Shown here: positions 12,457 through 23,225 of the stretch, piece by piece
Layout of the letters: each line of letters begins with the position of its first letter
Numbering within the stretch: the stretch's first letter is position 1
Source: Selaginella moellendorffii
Taxonomy: Eukaryota > Plantae > Lycopodiophyta
Assembly (NCBI RefSeq): GCF_000143415.4
Contig: NW_003314282.1
Location: forward strand, 717,700-781,699
DNA: 64,000 nucleotides
Reading direction: 5' to 3'
Notes under the pieces: model-generated
What the model was told of the DNA's origin: nothing
Databases searched by the model: none
Seen by the model: only the letters and a program-made list of their open reading frames with translations
Program-made: the position numbers and the translations under genes

Positions 12457-12740
12457 CTCAGTACTTAACCGGCAGGTGGAGGCTGTGAAGGCTGAGATAC
12501 CATGTCTCATCAACATTAGTGACCGGAGTCCACATTCTGATTTGCAGGCTCGTGCTCATGGGGTCAGACGAGCAAAGTAGGTATTAAAACTTGTTCCAGA
12601 TGCTGTTACTCAAATTTTTTCATATGTCCAGGTGATGATCTATACAGGCTCCGCTAATCAGTGCTAGTGGAACTATTGAGGAGAGGATGATGCAGTTAAC
12701 CAAGAAGAACATGGTGGTTGAGCATCTCGTGGCTGGACTA
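12457..12740 (+). pseudogene. PKL: PICKLE/CHD3 chromatin remodeller helicase-C fragment with one intron
   Basis: Degenerate SDRSPHSDLQARAH..GQTSK|VMIY...[21 protein letters not shown] matches PKL [52 protein letters not shown]. Confidence 0.8.
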
Positions 12741-13057
12741 TTCGCTCAAAATGCTTGGAAATGAGGGCTCGTGTCTAGTCAAGTTTCCCACACAAGACCT
12801 CAGCATATCTTCCATGCACTTTGGGGTGTGAATACCTGAGCTGTATAATCTCACAGTTGAAGCTTTGGCTTTGCGGTGATATGGATGTCAAGAACCGGAC
12901 CTGGTGCCACTGCCGCCACTGGGGTAAGATGATATGATCTGGGGCTTGATGTCGTGGAGGCGCGAGCTGCTTTACACTTGTTACAACCTTCCTTATGTTG
13001 GATTCTCATTGTCTTGTTAGACAATGCTAGTTTAAATCAATGTCCAAGACAAATCAC

Positions 13058-13258
13058 GGTTTGATCAGGGTTTTTTGGTCTACAAAGAAGATCAGATCAA
13101 ATTGGTGCTTCAACAGGTGCTTGAGAACAAACAATTTGACTAGTTCATCACTGCTTTTGACCCGTTTTCTCCTGTGCAGATCCTTGGCGTATCAGCACAC
13201 TGAGCAAGAATTGATTGAGCAGTACTGGTGGGGATGACAATATAGGCAAAGTCTGGTA
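13058..13258 (+). pseudogene. Possible WD40-repeat C-terminal fragment
   Basis: ILGVSAH...STGGDDNIGKVW* read across frameshifts, with a GT-AG intron in front. Confidence 0.35.
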
Positions 13259-13741
13259 AGAACATTATGAATCTCTTGCATCAAACACTGTCACCTCTCA
13301 ACATCATTGCTACCAAACTCCATGGACCAGAACCTCCTCCAGATCAACAATGACAACAAGCAACGATAAAGTTTTTTTCTCTGTTTTTTAATTTTATTTT
13401 TCATTTTTAGAATAAAATAAAGCTGCTTAGTACATAAAACTTGAAAACTTATATCGATACAATGTTAGCGTGGAGGCCCTCCAAGGGTAATAAGGTCCAA
13501 GAGTGACCAGAGGTTTAAATTCAGTATTGACATGATATAACACAAATTTGTTTTAAAACAACAAATACAAGAATTAAAATTTAAGACCACCTTAGCCATG
13601 AAACAGATGATGGCATTCCAAGATACACATTTCTCACATGCATCTTCTGAAACTGTTCTATATGGAGTCTAAAACGCCCCTCAAAGTACCTATTCAACGA
13701 TTAGATCGATAATACTGTTGTCCAGGCATTGCAGTTGCATC

Positions 13742-13869
13742 ATTGCCTGCTGCAAGTGCCCATTCCAGGCAAGCGCTACGAGCATGCCATTCCCTGAAAC
13801 AACAGTCAGCTGCTGAATTCTGGCGAAGCACTGCCACGCATGTTGAATGCTGCCATTCTGTCCATACAT
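13742..13869 (-). pseudogene. PLS-class PPR gene fragment
   Basis: MYGQNGSIQHAWQCFARIQQLTVVSGNGMLVALAWNGHLQQA fits the MYxKCGSxxxAxxxFxxMxxxxVVSWNAMxxAxAxNG consensus. Confidence 0.65.
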
Positions 13870-14012
13870 CTTTGTTGGATTGTGGAACTATGGACACTAG
13901 AGAAATGTATATTCTACATTCAATTCATAAGAAGCACGCCATACTTCATAGAATATAACAAACCAGCTCCTCTTTATTTACGTATATGAATCCATGTCAG
14001 AGGAGCATAAGC

Positions 14013-14741
14013 TTACATGATTCCATAGCTAGACATTGGGTTGAAGCCCACAGGCACAACAGCAGCACTGAAGATCTGAACCTCCTTGAGTTCACCATGA
14101 AAGTAACGTTTGTTGTCACGGGGGTCATAACCAATGAAGACAGGTAGGCTGGAATTGAGGTTGACTATCTTGGAGCCGTTCTGTGACTTATCAAGTTTAG
14201 AATCAACGTAGATAGACCCAACAGTGCCATTTCGGACTGCAGCAACATGGTGCCAAGTTCCATCAGTGACTGGCACTGTTCCCTTAATGTTGAACTGGTA
14301 CTCACGATTGTACACCGTAAACCATAGATTGCCATTGAGGATCCATAGCCACCACTCACCATAGATATCAGAGCGTTGCTGGATGACGCACAGTTGCTGC
14401 TTGATGTGGGGTGGGACCTTCACCCAAGCATGAACAGCAAAATCAGTCTGCCCAGAGAGAGAGGGCGTGGTGCCCATGGAAATGTATGTTGCACCATCAA
14501 ACACAATACCATCAGTTGTGTGAGCAAGTTGGGACCTGGCCTGCTTCACAAGCCCAGTTGCCTTGTTCCCAGACGAGTCTGCGACCAGGAAGCCTATCTT
14601 CTCATCCAGCTTCCACCATGCAAACAGTGACTTAGAGATGCCCACAGCCTCATCTGATGTCGAAGAAATGGAATTCGAAGCATCCACCACAGTGGCCAGA
14701 AGAACAGCAAGAGCAAAGTAGAAAGAGAGACGGGAAGCCAT
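14013..14741 (-). CDS. Secreted LamG / concanavalin A-like lectin-glucanase domain protein, intronless, 242 aa
   Basis: Signal peptide MASRLSFYFALAVLLATVVDA; AWWKLDE..G..VADSSGN, FDG, AWVK, DGTWHHVAAVRNG, IYVD, IG, FHGELKEVQIF (Laminin_G_3 pattern). TATA box about 30 bp upstream of the ATG. Confidence 0.85.
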   Translation of the reverse strand: MASRLSFYFALAVLLATVVDASNSISSTSDEAVGISKSLFAWWKLDEKIGFLVADSSGNKATGLVKQARSQLAHTTDGIVFDGATYISMGTTPSLSGQTDFAVHAWVKVPPHIKQQLCVIQQRSDIYGEWWLWILNGNLWFTVYNREYQFNIKGTVPVTDGTWHHVAAVRNGTVGSIYVDSKLDKSQNGSKIVNLNSSLPVFIGYDPRDNKRYFHGELKEVQIFSAAVVPVGFNPMSSYGIM

Positions 14742-14988
14742 TGTGTTATGATTTTCACTTGCTGCTGCATTCTTATATATCCTTCTTGTGGCCACGTACT
14801 TACAGAGAACTCCAGAATGCATTAATTAACAAGGAAAATCTGAAAATTTAGAACAAACAACAGCTCGTACATAGACCCTTGTGGAGCGCGTGGGAAGGTA
14901 TAACAACCTATGGTACATAATATTGAATGTCTCAAGACTTTAGAATTAACACGAGACATGAATATCTGGCCAGACCTCTAGAAATATT

Positions 14989-15012
14989 CCACGTGGCAGC
15001 TGTGCCTTATCC
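14989..15012. promoter_or_regulatory. G-box (CCACGTGG) plus I-box (GGATAAGG) pair upstream of the LamG gene
   Basis: ccacgtggcagctgtgccttatcc about 250 bp upstream of the ATG at 14741. Confidence 0.45.
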
Positions 15013-15399
15013 ATGCCACCTGGATGGCCAGGTCAATGCCTATGTGGCAGGCAGGTTGGCTCTGAGCTGCAGGAGATGCACATTTTGCATTGTGGCTGGC
15101 AAGTCAGACTAAGTGTTCCTTCTTATCCTTCATCCAGAAGTCTGTTGTGGCATTCCTGCATGGGGGATGTTGCAGCCCGGCTGTACAATGATAGCATGAG
15201 GTGGTGTAGTCACAAACTATTATCACGTATATCTTTTGTAGCAACTTGTTCCCAAGTCTATTGTCAACATCAAAACAGATATAGACAAAGGTCTATAGCT
15301 TGATTGATCTATTTAATCAACTTGACACCACTTACTACTACCACGGGATATGCTACAATTTCACGAGTATTTATATGAGTAAATTCACGAGTATTTCAT

Positions 15400-16250
15400 A
15401 GTAAAATAGTTTGGTGGAATGGCTTATTCAAACTTTCAAAGAGATGATTACGAAGTATATGAACTTTTAGCATTCTGATTGAGGTGGTTATTTGCCATCT
15501 CTTTAGTATGCATATGTCATAGAGGTGTAGAATTCTGTTAGTGTTTCACCATATAAACTCTTTTATGGTCATGATCTAATATTACTAATAGAGTTGGGTT
15601 TACCTTCGTGATTGCCATGAGTTGCTAATGCTAAGTCATGGGATTAGTATTTAATGAGCATTCTTCCACTTGTTAGGGTAGTGTTTGCCGAACACCTAGG
15701 CCATGTATAAGTGGGACAACAATAATGCTACAATTCTTATCATCATTCACCAATGGAGTACAAAGTGAATGATTTGGTGTTAATCCATTTTCCCCATCTT
15801 ATGGTACGTGGTTTATTTAAGGGGCTTTTTACTCAGTGGAAGGGATTGTATTGGGTGTTGCGGCAAGTTGGATTACAAGTTTATGATGTTTGGTATGACA
15901 TCCACCAAACTAATCCTCTAGAAATTATGCATGCGCAATGGTTTATAAAAGGATAAAAAACAATTGGTACCACCTACAGATCCACTGATACCTCCTCCTA
16001 ATATTTTTTCAAATCCCAGCCTATCTATGAGAAAACCCTGATGGTCTTCTATCATTCCGAAAGGAAGGGATGATATGAGGTCAAAGTGATGTTATATACT
16101 AATATTAATGTAGCAGGATTTTGGTAGCCATTGGATTGATTTCACTTTGAACCACTTGCTTCTATATATAAACTAAGTTAAAGTTTTTGGGCTAATTAAT
16201 ATGCACATTTTTTGTATTCCCTTTCCATATTCTATGCATTCACATCCTTG
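15400..16250 (+). mobile_element. Decayed Ty3/gypsy family B integrase 3' end, PPT and partial LTR
   Basis: Collinear with 38040-38430; purine tract gaaaggaaggga near 16060. Confidence 0.75.
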
Positions 16251-16501
16251 TGACCGAGCCTGAAAGTCACAAGGTACAATTGGCCACCACCTAGATTGAT
16301 CAAGAATACTACTGAGTGTCGTTAGAAAAAAAAAATTTGATCAAGTATTACCTGCAGTACATGCTGAAAATGCAGCACCTGCAACAACAATAGTGGTTGG
16401 GGGAAGCACATTCTGATGCTGGAAGACATCTACTAATCTCGGAGTCCACTCATCCTTTTGTTGAGAGTAATGAGCTCTCATTGATCTTGACTTGGTCTTG
16501 G

Positions 16502-16949
16502 ATATACATATATACATATATACATATACATATACATATACATATATATATGTTTGGAGGTTTAGGGTTTGATCATACATGTATATATATACATATATAT
16601 ATACATGTATATATACATGTATATATATACATATATATATACATGTATATATATACATATATATACACATGTATATGTATGTATGTATGTATGTGTATGT
16701 ATGTATGTATGTATGTATGTATGTATGTATGTATGTATGTGTATGTATGTATGTATGTATATGTATGTATGTATATATGTATATATATGTATGTATGTAT
16801 GTATATATATGTATGTATGTATGTATATATATGTATGTATGTATGTATATATATGTATGTATATATGTATATATGTATATATATATATGTATATATATAA
16901 AAATATATATGTATATATATATATATGTATATATATGTATGTATGTATG

Positions 16950-16980
<31 letters not shown>

Positions 16981-17014
16981 ATATATATATGTATGTATGT
17001 ATATATATATATAT
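16502..17014. repeat. Compound (TA)n/(TATG)n microsatellite
   Basis: Direct reading. Confidence 0.98.
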
Positions 17015-17436
17015 GAAAGAAATCTTATCCAAGATTTCTTTCTTATTATTTCTCTATTTCTATCTTGACAACTATTAAAAAATTTCCATCTAATGCTTTT
17101 CTATCCACTTTTTCTTCAAAGAAGGGGGTAGAAGGGATAAATAAAAGTTTGGCCTTAATGATGGATCAAGGATGAATAGATATAATACTAGAGTTAGGAT
17201 AAATGATATAGATTGTGGAATGAGGATAAATGTAATGAGTTCAATTGAAACACTTATAGCTCCAATGCAATAAGGCTAAATAAATACAATAGAGGATAAG
17301 CATAACAAATCCAAATAAAATTAGTATTTTCCTTTGAGGAGGGGATAACAAAGATATAAAAGAGAAAAAAAGTGAGTGCAACCTCCTAGATGTAGTGCTA
17401 GACAAAAACAAAAGTCATAAGTCTAAGTTAATATAA

Positions 17437-19125
17437 TGTAAGCGACTAAATTTTCCATTCTACTTTAGTCACTTAACCACACCTCCAACCACTTGGAGGA
17501 GTCTCACTCACAACCTCCGTAAATCCTATTTCAGACTTGGGCTTGTTAGCCCCGAGAATGGCATCCCCGCCACTCAACCTTTGCACTTGATCCAAGTGCT
17601 CCACGTGTCCGATCCCATGACTGACACCCCAAGGTACCACCGACATATCCGCCCGTTATGCTAAGGCCATGCCCCTTTACCTTGGTCACACTAGTGGTCT
17701 AACACCACCTGCATCACAGTCCCCTCTCTCAAGGACTGGACCACCCGTCCATGAGTGATCATTCCAGATCCCCTCCTTAGCATCCTTAGGATGCCCACAG
17801 ACATAGGGAATAGCCTTCCCCAATATCCCTTTTCCGGTCTTCGCCAAGTCCCTTTCTGGCCATGGCCGTGTTTGCCAACACTGCCATTGGATCAAGGCTC
17901 ACAGGCCCGACCACTAAGTCCCACGGTCCTCTGGGACTTCCTCACCACATGACTGTATCCTTAGTCACTACACCAGAGGACTGCTCCTCTGCCTTTCCAC
18001 AGTCTGGGCCTTCGGGACAACATTTCGGAACACCGTGGCCTTATGCAAGCCTCGGGGGTACTCTCCCCGCCTTTCGCCTTTAGGTGCTCTAGCCATGGGC
18101 TTAGAGCGAGGTTCCGTTGAGCCACGACAGGTATCCAAGTAGGTAGTGCCACCCACACTTGGACTGGGAGCATCGGCCAGTCGATCTCCCGGGGGAACTA
18201 GAGCCGGCTCTTGAACACTTCACCAAGCTACCCCGCTTGTCGGTCCGTGTTCACTCTAGTCTTGGACTTCCCAGTGGGCAGCTCATCACCCAACACTGGG
18301 TCCGGCCTTCCTGGGCCAAACTGGTCCTTCCTGGGCCAAACTGGCCCTTCCTGGCCAAACTGGCTCCACTGGGCTCCAACCCCCACACTCTCCCTACTAT
18401 ACTTTTGGAACCCCCCACAGCCCCCCCCCCCCCTGGGGGACGATCGCTTTGGGCTTTCACCCAACTGCCTGTATTAGTATTTGGACTCGGACTCGGGCTC
18501 GAACTCGGACTCGGACTCGGTCTCGGTCCCGGTTTCGGACTCGGACTCGGTCTCGGTCTCGGCTTCGGCCTCGGTCTCGGTCTCGATCTCGGGTCCATCT
18601 CGGACTCCATCTCGGACTCCATCTCGAATCCATCTCGGACTCCATCTCGGGTCCATCTCGGACTCCATCTCGGGTCCATCTCGGACTCGATCTCGGACTC
18701 CATCTCGGACTCCATCTCGGACTCCATATCGGACTCCGTCTCGGTCCATCTCGGACTCCATCTCGGGTCCATCTCGGACTCGATCTCGGACTCCATCTCG
18801 GACTCCATTTCGGGTCCATCTCGAACTCCATTTCGGGTCCATCTCGGACTCCATCTCGGTCCATCTCGGACTCTATCTCGGGTCCTTCTCGGACACTACC
18901 ATGTGTCATGTGTTGGTCCTTTTGGGTCCCTTTTTGGAGCCTCGCTTATTGCTCGTTTCGTGCTCATTCCTCGAGCCCTTCGTTAGGAGTTCCACTCCCG
19001 CTCTCGACCTTTCAAGGTGGAGCTTTTGGCCCAAACGTGTTACACTCGTTTGGCTTTCGCTTCGGCCACTACCACGTGGCACCCTTCCGGCTCCACTTTG
19101 GGGCCTAGGGATTTTGTGTCTCACA
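17437..19125 (-). repeat. 3' LTR (about 1.69 kb)
   Basis: tgtaagcgac...gtgtctcaca; about 10 differences from the other LTR. Confidence 0.95.
18482..18892. repeat. Tandem array inside LTR built from GGACTC/GGTCTC/CATCTC hexamers (12-mer GGACTCCATCTC)
   Basis: Direct reading; second copy at 24270-24680. Confidence 0.95.
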
Positions 19126-19137
19126 ACTCCACCACCC
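19126..19137 (-). other. Polypurine tract (GGGTGGTGGAGT)
   Basis: Abuts the 3' LTR; the same sequence abuts the LTR at 29247. Confidence 0.75.
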
Positions 19138-22100
19138 ATAGACGAAGTTCGATGTCCTCATCGAACGGTAAACCATTTTATGAAGTAACACCCTCATGTG
19201 TTACCATTTCCATCCTTGGCATCTAGCCAATATTTGTCAATGGTCTGACATTGAAGGCTCGCCATGCCTTCTGCATATTCGTCAATGGTTTGACACACAA
19301 GTCTCTCCATGCCATGCCCATCCTCTAAAGAGGGTAGTCTCTCCAACTTAGAGACTGATTAGACCACATGTAGTGGTTCTCTCCTTTTATTGGTTTAGTT
19401 CTCGCTAAACCTCTTAGAGACCCTTCTCTAAGACAATCCCACTACTCCTTCTCGAGTAGTCTCAATTTCCATCTATGGAACGTTTGCACCTTGGAACTTT
19501 TACTCTTTGCCTTCTGGAAGTCAATTTCCTAGGTGTCTCCAACACCTTGCATTGCACTTTTTGTGCAACTCCACTTCCCCATCTTAGGAAGTTCTTTACT
19601 TGAGGGCACCATCATCCTCTCTTCTATTTCGTGCCACCTTGGGCACTAAATTCCATTTATCATACTTTGTGCTAGGGCTGTCCATGGCCCTATCATTTGG
19701 CTACCTTACCACTCCCTCCCTTGGAGCTTCCACTTTCGCCAAATCGGAGCAATTCGGAATCCATCCTTGGAAACACACTTCCTTTCCCGCAATTTGTTAG
19801 CGTCCAACACATTAGTGTTCCTCGCCTAACTTTGCCACTTGGATTCCTTCCAAGGGATTCCACGGCCCTATCTTGGCCACTCATCTTTTGCTCCTATCTG
19901 TTGATTGTTGCACCAAGCAACACCGAATCTCTACCTCCCTCCTTGAGGTATTCTTTTGATTCCATAGCAAAGGCTCTGCTTTGCCAAGACTAGGGTGTTC
20001 ACCCCTAGTAAGTCTCTTTAGCATCTTCTGCTGTGGGCTTTATCCACGGCCCAACTTTGTGACCCTCCCATGGGTCTCTTTAGAGACTACTTTCTTTGGA
20101 CACACTATGCCATCGCAATGACATAGCTCAATTCCCTAAAGTGCTTTACCCACTTGGTCACCTTGACCAAGCCACACCATCATCAATAGTTCAAATCAAA
20201 ACTTTGAACTAGGAACCTTATTCCTTAGCCCAAACAAGGACCGCGTCCTTATTTAGCCACAACATCACCTAGTGATCTCACCTCGGCACCTTAACAGGTT
20301 TGCTAATAGGTACTAGGTCTTCCAGACCTTTAACTTGTTAACTACGACCTGGGGGCATCCCCCACACTTGGCGGTGCGCCCAAGCCAGCCTTTCCGGCCA
20401 AGGGTCCATAGCAACTGAGACTGGGTGTCCCCATCTCATTCACCACGTCCTTGGTGCCACTTGCACCAAAGTGTTCAAGTTAGATATGCTGAGCCACACT
20501 AAGCAATCTAACCGTGCATCACGACTCTGAGGCATCCCTCGCTTGGCGGTGTGCCCAAACCAGTCTCCCCACTGAGAGTCCATGACCACCGAAATATGAG
20601 TGTCCCCATATTCCAAACCATCACCACGCCCTAGTGATTTGGGACTCGAACCCAAGCACTAGAGGTTCAGGACTCAAACCCAACCTCCGTATATGCATCT
20701 ACGGACGGCATCACACAAGATGCCTGGCGTGACTCCCCACGCCAGTGCACCAACTTATACTTAAAGCGCGCTATAGATCACAGCTTAGGAACCTAGTTCC
20801 TCCCCACTGCCAAGTCCTCTCACTTGACAAGCCTGTGATCATGCATGGACTCCTCCATGCTTGGCCCCATGGCCCACCCTTTTTGAAGTTATCACCTTCA
20901 ACTAGGGTATTTGTTCCCCCCGACTTGCCAACCTCACTTGGCAAGTCCTCCGACCACTGTAACATGGTTCCTGCATAAGCGTGAAAGTCCTTGGTCATCG
21001 ACTTTCGTTCAAAGCCCTCTGTTTGAACACTCGGGAACTACTTCCCTAACCTTGACAGCCTTGCCTCATGGCAAGCTTCAAGACCACGCTTCTGCTGTGC
21101 CACTCTGATTTCGCGCGTTCCTTGAACCATTTACACTTGGCCTTTCTAGGTACTAAGCTACCTAGAATCGTCTTTGGGAACCTTGAAGGAACTCTGTCCC
21201 TTAGCTTGCTAAGGCCTCCCTTTTTGCAAGCTTTCCAATTGCCACATAGTTTAACATGGACAATTCCATATTTTAGACTCTCCATGGCATCACGGTTGCT
21301 AGCGGCAACACCCTCGAGCCCACACTTGATTCTCCACTCCCAGCTGGCATAACCAACCTTGGTTATGCCCTTCGATTCCTGTGGTTCGGTTCTATCCCCT
21401 TACTTCTTGCTTTTGGCTTCACACCTTTCCTTCGGTCATTCTCCTCCAGACCAGGAGGATAGCTTTGCACTTTCTATCATGCCTTAGCAAGTATCCTTAG
21501 GGTGAACCTACCCAATAGCCCATGGAGTGGTTCCTCAATCCGGGTATGCTCACCTTATAATCCCACACACTGGGATTACATTGTTGCTTATGGGCCTTTA
21601 CATGCCCATCACTAGCCTTGCCAAAATTCCATTTTTGGCTTTATCCAACTCGGGTAGACAGTCCTCTCTTGTCTCCGCAACCTTGGACATTTGGATAGCA
21701 CCTTCTATCCATCATTCGCTAGGGACTTAGTCCCTTGGGCCTTATCCATTGCCCTCGCGACATCAAACACCACCTTTTGGTGTTCTAGAGTGTTCGGGTG
21801 TCCCAATGATGGCTTTCCTGACAATGAGTATTTCCTTTTATAACATTGACTTACTATATCGCAACATAAGCAATTTATCCCTCGTAAGGGTATATCCAAC
21901 TTCCCTATGCTATTAAGAAGTCTTGGGTAGCTACCTTTTACCCGTTTAACCAGTTATTTTGCACCTCTTGCTTAGTTGCCTCATAGTTGTCAAGTCTTAC
22001 AACTCATTGCTTGGTGCTTCCACACCTCCATCATTATTTAGGTCACCACACTCCAACTGCATGCTCTGCAGCTTAGGCTATGCCATTCCCATTTCCATTG

Positions 22101-23210
22101 GGATTCCTTTGGCAAGGGGTTCTCATGAACCCACCAACATAGCCTCAAGGTATCACACCTTGGCACATTTGGTGTCTCCACACCATCGGCTCCACGAGCC
22201 TACCTCTAGGACACTACTTATTAGTGTCTAGGTCTCGCCAAGGCCAATATAGTTGTTTCTTATGCCAATTATCCATTAGCATTGCACCATAGTGTTTGCA
22301 CCCAACTCTGGGCCAAAGTTGCTTTCTTTTGGGAGCATCTTTCCCACAACTTTAGCATGGCACATTCTGCCATCAATGAGATACCTACTGTTCTCATACT
22401 TGGATCTTATGACCCTCCCCATATCTCATGGGGCACCATACACCTCAGTCCAAATGAATCAACCAATCCCTTAGGACCGTTTCTTGACTCCACTTGAGTC
22501 ATCCAGCATTTTAGACTTTGCTAATCCAACGACCTGCAAGGTCTTGGTCTTCGAGGTGCCAACTTGCTGGAATACAACTTCTTGTATTCAAGTCCTGCTC
22601 ACAAGGACCATCTTTGCAAGTGTTCCTCCGACACTTGATTTGTTCTCTTGGGGCAACCTTTTGCCCCTTAGGACCACTTGTCCATGTGATGAGAATACCA
22701 ACTCATTCTCTAAGTACACCCTCAACTCCTTGGGTTGTTCCCTCATTTATAAGAGGTAGCCCCGGCTACCATTTCAAGGACTTGAGTCCTCTTCCGTATT
22801 TGACCTCCCACAGTCATTACTTCTGGTCTCACATTCATGAGCACCAACCTCAACTATATGAGGATAATCTTGTGACTCCCTCATTGCTTTGGAGTCTTTA
22901 TCTTTCCTGTGATCCCAACTTTAGTTGTTTACCACAACTACGTTGGCCATTTACTAAGTCAAACGCTCATCTGGATCACATCCTCAACTCTTTGAGGAAA
23001 ACCATATACTGTTCCCAAGATCCCAAAGTCGTTCCTTTACTGGCCCCTTTTCTATCCACCACATCGCGCCCAAGTCACGCATGAACTTGAGTGGAAAGCC
23101 ATGTCCTCTCGGCATGCTACTCCTCAAGGATAAGCCCACTCCTAGGACCTTCCAATGCCAATATCAATGGTGATATACTTGAGCACCAATAAAAGTCGGA
23201 CTAAGGAATA

Positions 23211-23222
23211 GCTCCGATACCA
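23211..23222 (-). other. Primer-binding site for initiator tRNA-Met (TGGTATCGGAGC)
   Basis: 3 nt from the 5' LTR; one mismatch to canonical TGGTATCAGAGC. Confidence 0.85.
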
Positions 23223-23225
23223 AAT

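Noticed and set aside
754-12740. DNA-repair gene cluster (RMI1, RadA, CHD3)
   Set aside because: RadA and PICKLE are broken fragments; no support for a functional cluster.
16341-17078. Long Y/I/M/C/V/H-rich ORFs (also 38260-39008)
   Set aside because: Translations of TA/TATG microsatellites, not genes.
18482-18892. CRISPR-like regularity
   Set aside because: Contiguous short repeats with no unique spacers, no cas genes, eukaryotic context.
17437-19125. Retrozyme (hammerhead-bearing LTR)
   Set aside because: No CTGANGA...GAAA hammerhead core seen on either strand of the LTR by eye.
18159-19188. Overlapping six-frame ORFs rich in SR, DS, GL (also 24000-24928)
   Set aside because: Products of a stop-free hexamer array inside LTRs; no evidence of coding.
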